Positions 17,791 through 27,355 of a stretch of 64,000 nt of DNA are shown piece by piece. Location: positions 124,001 to 188,000 of the IMG/VR virus record IMGVR_UViG_3300025121_000282. One strand, written 5' to 3'. Within the stretch, counting starts at the first letter, position 1. Every line of letters begins with the position of its first letter. The notes beneath the pieces were generated by a model. That model worked only from the letters and a program-made list of their open reading frames with translations, ran no database searches and was not told the origin of the DNA. Position numbers and translations under genes: made by a program.

Positions 17791-18024
17791 TTGGCAATTG
17801 GAAGATTTTTGCATGACGATGGTACGTTCCACCTCAAGGTCATTGGCTTTCCCGGGCATGAGTCCATGTGGGTCTTGGTGAACTTAGAAGAGGGGAACGA
17901 CTTTGAGGGTTGGGGTACATTGGACAATGACCCCATCATGTCCAATTTGAAATGTGGAGACCGAATCCAGTACGGTAATGGTTCTGCCACCGACAAGCCG
18001 CAGTACATAACCCACACAACCTGA
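17791..18024 (+). CDS. DUF2314-like small beta protein
   Basis: E.MWV......G.LDNDP...L..GD.I. Confidence 0.5.
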   Translation: MAIGRFLHDDGTFHLKVIGFPGHESMWVLVNLEEGNDFEGWGTLDNDPIMSNLKCGDRIQYGNGSATDKPQYITHTT

Positions 18025-18037
18025 GAGTCTGACACAG

Positions 18038-18199
18038 ATGAGCGACACAGACTTTGACACACTCGCTGCTGAGATTTTGCAAGACCCTGTAGCTCGTGTA
18101 GCTTACCTGGAAAACAAGCTTCGCAGAGAGATTGCAGACACTTACGGACTTGAGGTGACACTTTCTGTCAAAAAGCGTGAAGACCAGAAGAAAGCCTAA
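18038..18199 (+). CDS. 53-aa protein resembling a HigA-type antitoxin with the HTH missing (not in ORF track)
   Basis: MSDTDFDTLAAEILQDPVARVAYLENKLRREIA joined to DTYGLEVTLSVKK. Confidence 0.5.
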   Translation: MSDTDFDTLAAEILQDPVARVAYLENKLRREIADTYGLEVTLSVKKREDQKKA

Positions 18200-18204
18200 T
18201 TGTA

Positions 18205-18585
18205 ATGAATTTTACCCTCACTCTCGACGAAGTAGACACCCTCATTTTGATCAAGGCTTTGGACCTGTACGCCCGCCTTGGCACAGGTCAGATTGAAGAA
18301 GTGAAAGAGCTTTTTCGCGACACGATGCCCATTGACAACATGGATGAGGCATTGCAACTATTGCTTGAGGCCAAGTTGTTGATGACTGGCATCCATGGCC
18401 GCGGTTCTCACGGGATTGCCAACCCTGAGGTTGGGTTAGGCACTCAGCGCGCCTACGAGATTTGCGACACACTTCGGCATAGTATGGTACTCAATGCCCC
18501 TGCTACACCCTCTTACTCTGTATACTTTCGAGAGCCTCTTCCTCTAACGGGCAAAGCATTCCCCAAAGTTACGATTGAAGAGTGA
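18205..18585 (+). CDS. hypothetical protein
   Basis: ALDLYARLGTGQ-type conserved phage ORF. Confidence 0.7.
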   Translation: MNFTLTLDEVDTLILIKALDLYARLGTGQIEEVKELFRDTMPIDNMDEALQLLLEAKLLMTGIHGRGSHGIANPEVGLGTQRAYEICDTLRHSMVLNAPATPSYSVYFREPLPLTGKAFPKVTIEE

Positions 18586-18805
18586 CGTGTTGTACCTCGC
18601 CCGCATCAAAGTCATAAGCAATAAATACATGGGTGATAGGTCAACCCACGAAATCTTGAGGCTCGTGGTCGCTCCAACAGACGACGAAGCATACGCACTG
18701 ATTGAACAGGCACTCGACCGCCCCGACCCTTATGGAGACAGTATTCGAGTGGAAGTGCTGGAACTGTCTGAAACCATTGGGGACCTCAGTGGAATTCAAA
18801 CCTAA
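18575..18805 (+). CDS. hypothetical protein
   Basis: LVVAPTDDEA motif. Confidence 0.6.
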   Translation: MKSDVLYLARIKVISNKYMGDRSTHEILRLVVAPTDDEAYALIEQALDRPDPYGDSIRVEVLELSETIGDLSGIQT

Positions 18806-19264
18806 GTCACTTGAAGTCACTGACATCACCAGCCTTGGTATTGCTGGTTGGGGTCTTTTGGTTGAACTGGCAATCTCTCTAGGTGCATCAGATTACTGCA
18901 ACGAAATAGAACCTAAAACTGGTAAGCAAATTGCGCAACACCTGGGATGTAACGGGTGGAGAGTCGGGCACCTTAGATACCTGAAGTATGCCTACGAGTC
19001 CGGTAGGTTTCATGTTAAGCATACCGGGATTGATTGACTAGACTATGGTTCGTAGTTTATTATAAAAATAGTGTATGTCTACAACCGGACTGTAAAAATC
19101 ATGAACAGTGACCTTGAAAAAGAAATTGAACTCATAAAAAGGTCCTTGCGGTCAGCAATAGCTGTAACCAGAGGATTGCGCACCATCGATGTAGAATTGG
19201 AAGGACCCGATAATAGGGTGGTTATTAACAAGAAAAAGCTAGACGAATTGGTAAAGATTAAAAA

Positions 19265-19459
19265 ATGAAACCCCTGTACAAGACCACCCTAATTATTTGG
19301 TCAGAATTTCCTGGGGGTGCAGATGAAGCAGACCTCGCCGAGTTTGCTGACGCTGTGGTTACATATGAAGACGCGTTCTGCTCCAAACAAGAATCAATTC
19401 TTGTTAATAATCCAAAAGAAGACCCCGATTGGGTGAAAACAGATATTTTTGGTGACTAG
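19265..19459 (+). CDS. small acidic protein
   Basis: Tiled ORF with ATGA overlap. Confidence 0.6.
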   Translation: MKPLYKTTLIIWSEFPGGADEADLAEFADAVVTYEDAFCSKQESILVNNPKEDPDWVKTDIFGD

Positions 19460-19646
19460 TTATGAAAACTATCTCAGTTAAAATCGGCACCATGTCACTC
19501 AGTAAAGTCAACCACGTCAAAGGCAGGTTGGCCCTCAATGAATTCATCACGTGGCGCGAAAAAGGCCACATGACCCGTCCTGAGACCGGAATTATAGACG
19601 AAATCCGGTCCATCGGTGGGGAAACCGTTTATTTTGTGTGTAGGAT

Positions 19647-20102
19647 ATGAAAATGATTTTTGAACACGTCGAAATTGTCAAACAGGCTCGTGAGTATTTC
19701 AGTGGTCGTCACGCAAACTGCCTTGAGTCCCGCCTGATCGCGGGATTACTCCAGGTGATCGACTGCAACGTGGGTCAAGTGGTAACGGTGTATACCGTCC
19801 ACAAAACTCTTGATGACCATGGCGCACTCGGTGCACTTGTGGGTGTGACTAAATCTGAGATGGACGCACGGGAGATGGCTGTAGGCCACGGTTGGTTCAG
19901 GAGTGGTGGTAAGATAACCAGCTGTTGTGGGTTTGAGACTGTGGCTGGTATTTACCTGTTGCAATCTTCCGAGTTGATTCCACTGAACGTGGATCTGATC
20001 AGGACCCAGGACGAGGTCCGCAAGGGTGCTTTAGCCAAGCTCACTTCGGCAGAAATGGCTGCTTTAGGGATAAAGGACCCGCTGCAAAATGGGAATTTGT
20101 AA
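19647..20102 (+). CDS. hypothetical protein, distant paralog of 49096..49440
   Basis: VYTVH...A..G.G...ALAKLT.AE..AL. Confidence 0.65.
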   Translation: MKMIFEHVEIVKQAREYFSGRHANCLESRLIAGLLQVIDCNVGQVVTVYTVHKTLDDHGALGALVGVTKSEMDAREMAVGHGWFRSGGKITSCCGFETVAGIYLLQSSELIPLNVDLIRTQDEVRKGALAKLTSAEMAALGIKDPLQNGNL

Positions 20103-20448
20103 AGAGTGTGGACACCAGCTTACTGGTGCCATGGTGCTTGGTCTCGTCTATTGCAGAGATTGCCTCACATGCTTTACAACAGCCAAACTAGTAGCTGCCT
20201 CAGGCGGTTGGACACCCGGCCTCACCGTTAACATAGGAGACAAGTTGCTGACCATTGCAAATCGAATCGACCCCACTCCATATGCAATTGCTGCAGCAGC
20301 CAGCTTTGGGGTCACTCCTGAGGTCGTCCAAGCTATCAAAGCTGGGAAGCCGCACCCCACAACGCATCCCCTCGCTTCGCTTCCAATTAGGGCTGAGGGG
20401 CCAGCCAAGATTGATTACTCAGAGTGGTACGACACTGACGTTGATTGA
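20089..20448 (+). CDS. hypothetical protein with N-terminal zinc ribbon
   Basis: CKECG...CRDC. Confidence 0.55.
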   Translation: MGICKECGHQLTGAMVLGLVYCRDCLTCFTTAKLVAASGGWTPGLTVNIGDKLLTIANRIDPTPYAIAAAASFGVTPEVVQAIKAGKPHPTTHPLASLPIRAEGPAKIDYSEWYDTDVD

Positions 20449-20493
20449 CCCGCACTCTCTGTAGACGAAGAAGTGTGGAGGCTAACAACTACA

Positions 20494-20805
20494 ATGATCA
20501 ATATCTACCTGGACGATGAGCGCAACACCCCCGAGGGCTTCAAGCGCACCTACACTGCCCAGGAGACAGTTGAACTTTTGTGGAAGAATAGCGGGAATGT
20601 CGGTGCCCTGAGCCTGGACCATGACCTGGGGGACGAAGCTGTGGTGGGGAGCGGGTATCACGTCCTCACGTGGCTTGAAGACAGGGTATTTCACAACGAG
20701 ATGGACCCCCCAGAAGCTATCTGGGTCCATTCCGCCAACTCTTCTGCTCGCATCAAAATGCTACTTGCCGTCAAAAAGATTTACGAGATTTACAGGAACA
20801 GGTAA
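20494..20805 (+). CDS. cyclic-phosphate-processing receiver domain protein
   Basis: YLDDER.TP, SLDHDLG, GY..L.W, VHSAN motifs. Confidence 0.8.
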   Translation: MINIYLDDERNTPEGFKRTYTAQETVELLWKNSGNVGALSLDHDLGDEAVVGSGYHVLTWLEDRVFHNEMDPPEAIWVHSANSSARIKMLLAVKKIYEIYRNR

Positions 20806-20811
20806 TTAAAA

Positions 20812-21093
20812 GTGGACATCAACAACACAGACACGGGTCGGTTGCTCACCAAGCTGGTAGGACCCAACCCAGGGATTCCGAAGCTTGTCTCTGAAATGAC
20901 CACAACGGAAGTGGCGGAGGTTTTGTACCTCTACTGTAAAGACCACTCCCACGGGACTAACACAGAGCAGAAGACGGTTTCCGCCCTGGAAGAGATGGGA
21001 TTTAGAATGAGCCCCACAAAGAAATCTGACAACCTGCAAGGCTACCAACTGGAGTTGTATGGGTTCATCTCGTCCATTAAAAATCCAATTTAA
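20812..21093 (+). CDS. hypothetical protein
   Basis: Tiled ORF. Confidence 0.55.
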   Translation: MDINNTDTGRLLTKLVGPNPGIPKLVSEMTTTEVAEVLYLYCKDHSHGTNTEQKTVSALEEMGFRMSPTKKSDNLQGYQLELYGFISSIKNPI

Positions 21094-21240
21094 AGACACA
21101 GCATACACAAAACTAAAACGGGTTGTCTCAGCCGTTATTGACGTCTCACTTGCAATAGCGAATGAGACTATCAGGCTCCCCTGTGATATTACAAGTGTTG
21201 TGTTGAACCTTATCGTTCTTAATATGGAGGACTAATTACA

Positions 21241-21597
21241 ATGCCCGCTGTACCCCGCACTTCTCGTATCTCCCCTGTGAACAATGAGCAGGTCCTGTAT
21301 GCTCTTCTTTGGTCGATGTGTGACGCCTGGGAGGGTGGTGACGCAGCAGACCTGGGAGGGTCGGGCGGCCATATCAATGGGGAGTACCTGCGTGGGGTGA
21401 TGGAACACACCCTCCGAACCCTGATGTTCCTGTTTCCTTGGCCAATTGGCGTCGGTTTGAGCGATGCAATGGAAACCCTTTCCAAGGACACCATTGACAT
21501 TTTGACTCTGGTGTGCGAGCAGAATTTGAATGCAGACACGGCAACCCCCGCTCTGTACGCTCGTTGGGTTGAGAAGTTTTTCACCAATCTGGGGTAA
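21241..21597 (+). CDS. hypothetical protein
   Basis: GGAGG SD. Confidence 0.7.
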   Translation: MPAVPRTSRISPVNNEQVLYALLWSMCDAWEGGDAADLGGSGGHINGEYLRGVMEHTLRTLMFLFPWPIGVGLSDAMETLSKDTIDILTLVCEQNLNADTATPALYARWVEKFFTNLG

Positions 21598-21599
21598 AA

Positions 21600-22013
21600 T
21601 TGACAATGGCCCGTCCGTTGAAGGTCCTGGTGACCACCGCTCACTCCCTCCGTTGCCGAGTTGTTACACCGAATGGTGAATACGAAGTGCACCCGTCCCA
21701 CACTTTTGAAGTAACGGGCGACCACGACCCTGAGTCCTCGATTCACCACAGATACAAAGACTTTTTGAACAGACTAGAAGAACCTGACAACTTGAATCTG
21801 GCAGTGTGTATTCAGCTGACAGAAGAGGGTGTGCCTACGAGTCTGAATTGCTATAAGACAACCCGAGAACTTGGAATACTTCAGCTTGGGGCGTTTGGCA
21901 TCAAGCCGCACAACTATAGCTTAGATTTGCTGGATGATAGAGACTTGTTTGGGAACTTGTGTCGCGCCGTTGACAAAATAAAAGCAGCTATAAAGAAACA
22001 AAAATGGGATTAA
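21600..22013 (+). CDS. hypothetical protein
   Basis: Tiled ORF. Confidence 0.6.
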   Translation: MTMARPLKVLVTTAHSLRCRVVTPNGEYEVHPSHTFEVTGDHDPESSIHHRYKDFLNRLEEPDNLNLAVCIQLTEEGVPTSLNCYKTTRELGILQLGAFGIKPHNYSLDLLDDRDLFGNLCRAVDKIKAAIKKQKWD

Positions 22014-22060
22014 CTCCTACCCTGTCTAGGTGAATAGTTATAACAGGAGGACACACTATA

Positions 22061-22420
22061 ATGAGAGTAGCTTTTTTCGCCCACACCACGCCTACCGATG
22101 ACTCCAGCACAGAATGTATTATCAACCTGGAATTGGAGCGGGAGCCCCAGATCGGGTCTTCTATCTTTCTGAAGAAAGCGGAAGAAAGCGGGATTGTTCA
22201 CTCCACCATGTACAAGGTCATCGACGTGCACTATGCCATGGCGGAGGTGCACGACATCACGGAAGAAGAAGCGGACAAAGCGTGGGCTGACGTGTGTAGC
22301 ACCATGCAATTTGCCTCTCGCCGTCCCAAGATCCGTGACCTACACCCTATGGTCCTGGACATGATTCTCCAGTCCAAGGGGTGGAATCGCGTTGAAGTCA
22401 TGGTGGAGGCAGTGAAATGA
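22061..22420 (+). CDS. hypothetical protein
   Basis: Promoter at 22010; AGGAGG SD. Confidence 0.75.
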   Translation: MRVAFFAHTTPTDDSSTECIINLELEREPQIGSSIFLKKAEESGIVHSTMYKVIDVHYAMAEVHDITEEEADKAWADVCSTMQFASRRPKIRDLHPMVLDMILQSKGWNRVEVMVEAVK

Positions 22421-22629
22421 AATCCCGCCTTGACACCTGGAAACAAAATACTCCTCGTCTCCAGTTGGTGGCTTTGATGGCTGGCATCGCTGGCGATGCT
22501 CACAACTTGGTTGATGGTACGGTAACTGACGCAGACCGTACCCAGACATACCATGAACGTATTTATGACAACACCCAAGAGGCCCTGGACATCCTGCGGT
22601 ACTGGCCTAACCTGGATAGTTGGGACTGA
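22417..22629 (+). CDS. hypothetical protein
   Basis: ATGA overlap. Confidence 0.6.
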   Translation: MKSRLDTWKQNTPRLQLVALMAGIAGDAHNLVDGTVTDADRTQTYHERIYDNTQEALDILRYWPNLDSWD

Positions 22630-22632
22630 CAC

Positions 22633-22887
22633 ATGCTGCTGAGTGAACTGGCGGAGGCGATTCAGTTTCTACGTGCTCATCGAATTGAGGGTGTGGTACA
22701 CGCTGGCTATGTGCCTGCTTCATACCCAAACATGACGCCGGCTCACCCATCAGACACCTATATTGTGATTGAGTTGAACGAGGACGACTACCCGGTACCA
22801 GATGTGACCCACAAAGGCCTTCGCAAATTGGGTTGGGTACCCGAAGACGAAGGTAGGATGTGGTATAACCACACAGGAAGACCCTAA
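22633..22887 (+). CDS. hypothetical protein
   Basis: Tiled ORF. Confidence 0.6.
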   Translation: MLLSELAEAIQFLRAHRIEGVVHAGYVPASYPNMTPAHPSDTYIVIELNEDDYPVPDVTHKGLRKLGWVPEDEGRMWYNHTGRP

Positions 22888-23042
22888 TTAACTGATTGGC
22901 CTCAGTGTAGAATTACTCTGGACAGTTAGACCCACCCTAACCTCTGGAGTCGTTATGTAACCCCTGCAGTTTATGACCTTATTTGAGCCTCTCGGCTGTT
23001 AACCAAGAGGCTCAAAAGTACTGTAGACAGAAAGTGTGTACC

Positions 23043-23285
23043 ATGACTTGGCAACGTGAACTCCCTACCCTCCCTCCAGAAGAAGACCCAAAACAACACT
23101 GGTGGTTTTATGGGACAATTGGGCGCGGGGCGTCTATTGAGTATCACATAATCTCTGTGTGGCGCGTGGGGGGCCCCAAAGCGCCGTGGGTTATGTATGG
23201 GCTCCGCAGTTCAATCGTAGAGCCAGTAAACGAAGAGTGGTCTGGCTGGTGGTGTCCCGTTGCAATCCCTGATCCGCCCGTTTAA
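23043..23285 (+). CDS. Trp/Pro-rich protein, paralog of 58970..59218
   Basis: Shared WWFYGT, V.RVGG, MY and W.G.W..I..P. Confidence 0.65.
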   Translation: MTWQRELPTLPPEEDPKQHWWFYGTIGRGASIEYHIISVWRVGGPKAPWVMYGLRSSIVEPVNEEWSGWWCPVAIPDPPV

Positions 23286-23306
23286 AGAATTATAGAAAGA
23301 ACTAAA

Positions 23307-24137
23307 ATGTCTGCAGGAGCCCATTTCCTTGCAATGGACCTTAAGCAGTTGCTTGCAACTCTTACCATCAAGGTGGGTAAGAAAATTCATGGTCACACAT
23401 CTCGGGACCACATTCTTTTGGAATGCGGTTATTCTCATGTGCGAATTGATCGTAGTGGCAGTATTCAAGCTAGGAAGGAAGGGGAAGGGGAAAGGAATAA
23501 CCTTGACCGGGTCTGTCCAGATGTGGATTTTGAAACTGCTTACGTCTGGATGGTAAGTATTCTCATTGCTGGTCGTACGGTAGAGGTTGGCCAGGGTGTT
23601 GATTACAAGTCTATTTGCGGGTGGTGGCCCAGAAGCCATGTCAACATGTCACCCAAAGAACTGGTAAGGCAAGTTGTAGACCGTGGGTGGGACCTAAATC
23701 CTGATTATCAACGAGGGCATGTGTGGACCCCAAGCCACTCTGAAAGATTCATGGGTCATTTTCTTGAGGGCAATATGGTTCCGCCCTTTTATGTGCAGCG
23801 GTGGGACTCAGAAAAGAACGCACCCCCACACCTTAAGGCTGATTACTGGGACCACGCCGAAGTGGTGGATGGCCAGCAGCGCATTCGGGCCATCACAGCT
23901 TGGCTCGATGGGAGTATCCTGGCTGAACTGAGCGACGGGCGTCGGATTGCGTACAGGGACTTTGACGAGGTGGAACGGCGATGCCTTCCTGTGTTTAGCA
24001 TTTACTTCTTTGACATTTCTCGTGCAGAGCGTCTCAAGTTCTATCTTAAACTAAACAGAGCAGGTGTTTACCACACAGACGCCGAAATCGACAAAGTCAG
24101 AAAGTTGTTGGAAAATGAAACAACAACGCGGGAATAG
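23307..24137 (+). CDS. DUF262 (GmrS/ParB-like) domain protein
   Basis: LNPDYQRGHVW, VVDGQQRI, F..LN..G motifs. Confidence 0.8.
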   Translation: MSAGAHFLAMDLKQLLATLTIKVGKKIHGHTSRDHILLECGYSHVRIDRSGSIQARKEGEGERNNLDRVCPDVDFETAYVWMVSILIAGRTVEVGQGVDYKSICGWWPRSHVNMSPKELVRQVVDRGWDLNPDYQRGHVWTPSHSERFMGHFLEGNMVPPFYVQRWDSEKNAPPHLKADYWDHAEVVDGQQRIRAITAWLDGSILAELSDGRRIAYRDFDEVERRCLPVFSIYFFDISRAERLKFYLKLNRAGVYHTDAEIDKVRKLLENETTTRE

Positions 24138-24429
24138 GAAACCTGGGTCCACAGTTTCAAATCGACTGTGGAAACTTACACCTTGTAAACCGGGTTGGCA
24201 ATCAGAATACCCCAAAGACGACGGTGGGCTGTTCACGCGATACCATACCTGGAAAAAGGTATTCGTCTGCCGGAAGTGCGACACTACAGCAAGACGTACA
24301 ACCGACTGTGCAGAGCACCCTAAGTGTCCCGGCTGCCAAACTGTGATGGAAGAATTGCCCTGGAAAGCACAAATCCGCAAGAAGGGCACCAAGAACAGAT
24401 TCGACAAACCTGAGGCAGCTTATGTATAA
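24115..24429 (+). CDS. zinc-ribbon protein
   Basis: CRKC...CPGC. Confidence 0.55.
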   Translation: MKQQRGNRKPGSTVSNRLWKLTPCKPGWQSEYPKDDGGLFTRYHTWKKVFVCRKCDTTARRTTDCAEHPKCPGCQTVMEELPWKAQIRKKGTKNRFDKPEAAYV

Positions 24430-24736
24430 GATGGTATTTTGGAGGTGGCGGATTCTCAGGAATGGGCGGTCCGACAACTGGACCAACGCCCACTCAGTGG
24501 TCGGTATCGAGTTAGACCTGAAGGCAACGATCAAAGCGGTGGAAAAAATCGCGGAACAGTTATACGAGAATAAGAGTTCTCAATTTAGTGTGGAAAGGTG
24601 GACCAAGTTCGAGTGGGAACTTTTGGGAAAACAACCGGCTGATTATATAGACGCCAAAATGCTTGAGAGGTACGAGAAACTCGTGTACCGCGCCTCGATT
24701 GAATATCAGTTGCTACTTGAGAACATCAATCCATAA
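24422..24736 (+). CDS. hypothetical protein
   Basis: Tiled ORF. Confidence 0.55.
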   Translation: MYKMVFWRWRILRNGRSDNWTNAHSVVGIELDLKATIKAVEKIAEQLYENKSSQFSVERWTKFEWELLGKQPADYIDAKMLERYEKLVYRASIEYQLLLENINP

Positions 24737-24742
24737 TTTTAT

Positions 24743-25045
24743 CTAACAACTTGTTACGTTGCCATCCGTAACCCATCCGTGCCAACCACAATGACTGATC
24801 CGTCGAATAGATGGTTTCAGTGTGATGGTTTCAAACGTGTCACCCGTACGCTGCCACCTAGGCGATTTCGATTCCATATCGTATGGCACACCTGCAAGCA
24901 CGTTCGCAAACTGAACATAAATCGGTATACACTGTTTGTTACCACATGGGCAGTCAAACTCAATCCCTACGCCCTTGACTGATTCTGATTCTGATTCTGA
25001 CTTGTAGCCGTCCAGAAAATGTGGATTTAAATCAGACAATCTCAT
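24743..25045 (-). CDS. DUF6527-like zinc-binding protein
   Basis: FDCPCG...W.......TL.PSI....C.WHGW...G. Confidence 0.6.
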   Translation of the reverse strand: MRLSDLNPHFLDGYKSESESESVKGVGIEFDCPCGNKQCIPIYVQFANVLAGVPYDMESKSPRWQRTGDTFETITLKPSIRRISHCGWHGWVTDGNVTSC

Positions 25046-25057
25046 AATTGGCCCACC

Positions 25058-25291
25058 TTAGTATCCGAGGTATTTGAATTCTAGAGGTTCAATCTCACCC
25101 AGTTCGTTCCAAATCCGTTTCCAGTCTTTACCGTCCTCAGTTTCCATATCAATAAGGCTTATGGCATCGTCCTGGAGCTTGTCTAAATCAAGCTTGAATT
25201 GTCTTACAAGCTTCTTACGCTCCGACAATGACAAACTAGGCGCTTCAAAACCACCAGCAGCTTCTCGAAGTTGAGCAGAGAGTCTTTTCAT
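25058..25291 (-). CDS. hypothetical protein with the shared N-terminal leader
   Basis: AAGGAG SD; MKRLSAQLREAAG. Confidence 0.7.
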   Translation of the reverse strand: MKRLSAQLREAAGGFEAPSLSLSERKKLVRQFKLDLDKLQDDAISLIDMETEDGKDWKRIWNELGEIEPLEFKYLGY

Positions 25292-25363
25292 TTATAAACT
25301 CCTTTGCTTGTTGATTGCTATTAAGATGTTATTGACAAGTTCTTCTTAACTAAGAATAGGTAC

Positions 25364-25801
25364 ATGGACACCACACACAACACCGCTCTGACTGTTGCCT
25401 CTCTCGTACGCCACCTGACTCCTCTTTTTGGTCCCCGTTTTGCAATTGAGGAATACCCCGCCGACAACCACGATGGGCGAGACGGAAAGCCCGTTGCCTA
25501 CGTAGAGGTAGACGGCCAGTTCGACTTGTACCCCTTCTCTCAGGAGGTTACGTGTTCCATCCTCGGCACTATGTCTGTGAAAACGGTCTGGCACATCGAC
25601 ATCCTGGTTGACGCATCAGACCCGAGTGTTGGGATTTTTGGGTGTGAGCCTGTGGAGCACACCGAGCACATCGCTCTTGGAGACGCAATTGTGGAAATCG
25701 CACGACTGATGGCGGCCGACCGTGTTGAACTGAGTCTGGACCGTGAAGCAGATGAATTGATCGACGCACAGATGCAGGCGGCACACGGAGCAGAGCGATG
25801 A
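25364..25801 (+). CDS. hypothetical protein
   Basis: Promoter motif at 25332. Confidence 0.7.
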   Translation: MDTTHNTALTVASLVRHLTPLFGPRFAIEEYPADNHDGRDGKPVAYVEVDGQFDLYPFSQEVTCSILGTMSVKTVWHIDILVDASDPSVGIFGCEPVEHTEHIALGDAIVEIARLMAADRVELSLDREADELIDAQMQAAHGAER

Positions 25802-26046
25802 ACTCAAGAAATCAGTATCTTTCAGAAGAAGAATGGAATCAGCTTTGGAACACAGCCGATACCTTGGTGTGCAAGGCGGGCAATTTCGAACTGCGATCCG
25901 GATGTGACATCAAAGAAAGAACCGCTGAAAACCGCCCTGTAATTCGAAAAAATAGGTGGGCCGTTTGGGACTTTTCCAGTGGTGCTGTCTATGTGTGTGC
26001 CAACGAAGAGGTGGCGCATAGGATTTTTAAGGCGTGGACCACATGA
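25798..26046 (+). CDS. hypothetical protein
   Basis: ATGA overlaps at both ends. Confidence 0.6.
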   Translation: MNSRNQYLSEEEWNQLWNTADTLVCKAGNFELRSGCDIKERTAENRPVIRKNRWAVWDFSSGAVYVCANEEVAHRIFKAWTT

Positions 26047-26088
26047 ATACTTTCACTCAGGGTGATGTCATTCGCATAGGTGGACAGA

Positions 26089-26160
26089 GTTCTCCCTGAA
26101 ATAATCACTTATTTCAGTTGATTTTTAAGCCTGGGGGACTCTAAGCTCCCCAGGAGCCGT
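26089..26160 (-). ncRNA. 3' part of the putative omega/reRNA scaffold (5' boundary unknown)
   Basis: Hairpins at 26130-26154 and 26096-26117 (CTGAAATAA/TTATTTCAG) overlapping the tnpB 3' end and finishing in GAAC. Confidence 0.5.
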
Positions 26161-27200
26161 AAGGTTCTGGATCTGATGTTTGTGGCGCCGACGAAGTCGG
26201 CGTCTTGACCGTATCCGCAGGATACGCATCTAAATCTTTCGCCTTTACGGTTCTTTTCCGACTCCTTTAAACACTTTGGACAAATACGGGAAGTATAAGC
26301 AGCTAAAACAGGCACCACTAAAACACGGTTTTCTTGGGCCTTATGTTTTAAGCGCTCATGGACTCTGCGGACCGTCCAAGGAGCCATAGCTTTTCGGAAA
26401 CCTTTATTTCTTTTAGGGTTCTTCCCTTTCTTAATCCCTTTGAGGTCCTCTATTCCGAGAACTGAAATTTGATTCCATGGAATTTTGTTTAAAATTCTCC
26501 CAATATAATTTTCCCGTTCTTTCTGGGCTCTACGGAAACCATTAGAATCAGGAACACGTCTTCTGAGTTTATCTCTTATTTGACGGAATTCGGTACCTAA
26601 ATAAGTGGGCTTAGAACCATCAGACAAAGTAAGAAGTTTGATCACTCCTGAGTCAGCACCCACAGTGGTTTCAGGGTTTGGAACCTTGAGGTCTTGATCA
26701 GGTAAGTCAACCCACACAGCCAAAGAATTTTCAGAAATCTGAATTCCCTTCCCCATTTTAGCACCAGGGACAGCCAACCATTTATTAAGAACCCTTGTTC
26801 TTCTGGTCGGGATTATAATTCGCTCGCCTTTGGCGAGCGACGATAGTTTGATTACTAAATCGAATGACTTTTCACCATTTTCAATGCCCACAACCTTTGC
26901 ATCAAAAACACAATCACCAGTGAAATGAGGTAGACTAAAGCTTTGTCCCGTCTCCGCGGCTGCTTTGCAGCCGCTTGACAAGATCGACAGAGCCTGTCTA
27001 AGTGCTATCGATTTATAGCGTTCTGTGAGTCTCGTGTTTGTTAAACGAGCTAAGGTTTCTTTGTCCAAGCCTCCCGGCTCGGACCACAAGGATTTCAAAT
27101 AAAAGTTTACACCAGCCCGATAAGCTTGAAGAAGATTGGAAATCTTCTGCTTCTTTGAAGCAGTGATAAAATCCAAGCTTACTATGGCTGCTCGTCTCAT
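26109..27200 (-). CDS. tnpB: TnpB / Cas12f-like RNA-guided endonuclease
   Basis: RuvC-I VGADSG, RuvC-II IEDL, zinc ribbon YTSRICPKC..CVSC, RuvC-III DADFVGATNI. Confidence 0.9.
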   Translation of the reverse strand: MRRAAIVSLDFITASKKQKISNLLQAYRAGVNFYLKSLWSEPGGLDKETLARLTNTRLTERYKSIALRQALSILSSGCKAAAETGQSFSLPHFTGDCVFDAKVVGIENGEKSFDLVIKLSSLAKGERIIIPTRRTRVLNKWLAVPGAKMGKGIQISENSLAVWVDLPDQDLKVPNPETTVGADSGVIKLLTLSDGSKPTYLGTEFRQIRDKLRRRVPDSNGFRRAQKERENYIGRILNKIPWNQISVLGIEDLKGIKKGKNPKRNKGFRKAMAPWTVRRVHERLKHKAQENRVLVVPVLAAYTSRICPKCLKESEKNRKGERFRCVSCGYGQDADFVGATNIRSRTLRLLGSLESPRLKNQLK

Positions 27201-27355
27201 TTGGACTTCTGATTTTCCAAATAGTCATCACAAATACGTCGAATAAGTTCTGACAAACCAATTTGTTTGGCTTCAGCTTCTTCTCGTAAAAGTTTTTCTT
27301 GATTCACTGTCAAAAGTATTTGGCATCTTCGAGTTTTTAGTGTTTTAAATTCCAT
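27197..27355 (-). CDS. CopG/ribbon-helix-helix protein (52 aa, not in ORF track)
   Basis: RRCQILLTVNQEKLLREEAEAKQIGLSELIRRICDDYL; ATGA overlap with tnpB. Confidence 0.75.
   Translation of the reverse strand: MEFKTLKTRRCQILLTVNQEKLLREEAEAKQIGLSELIRRICDDYLENQKSK

Noticed and set aside
24979-25000. (TGATTC)n microsatellite
   Set aside because: In-frame hexamer encoding SESESES; no switching effect.
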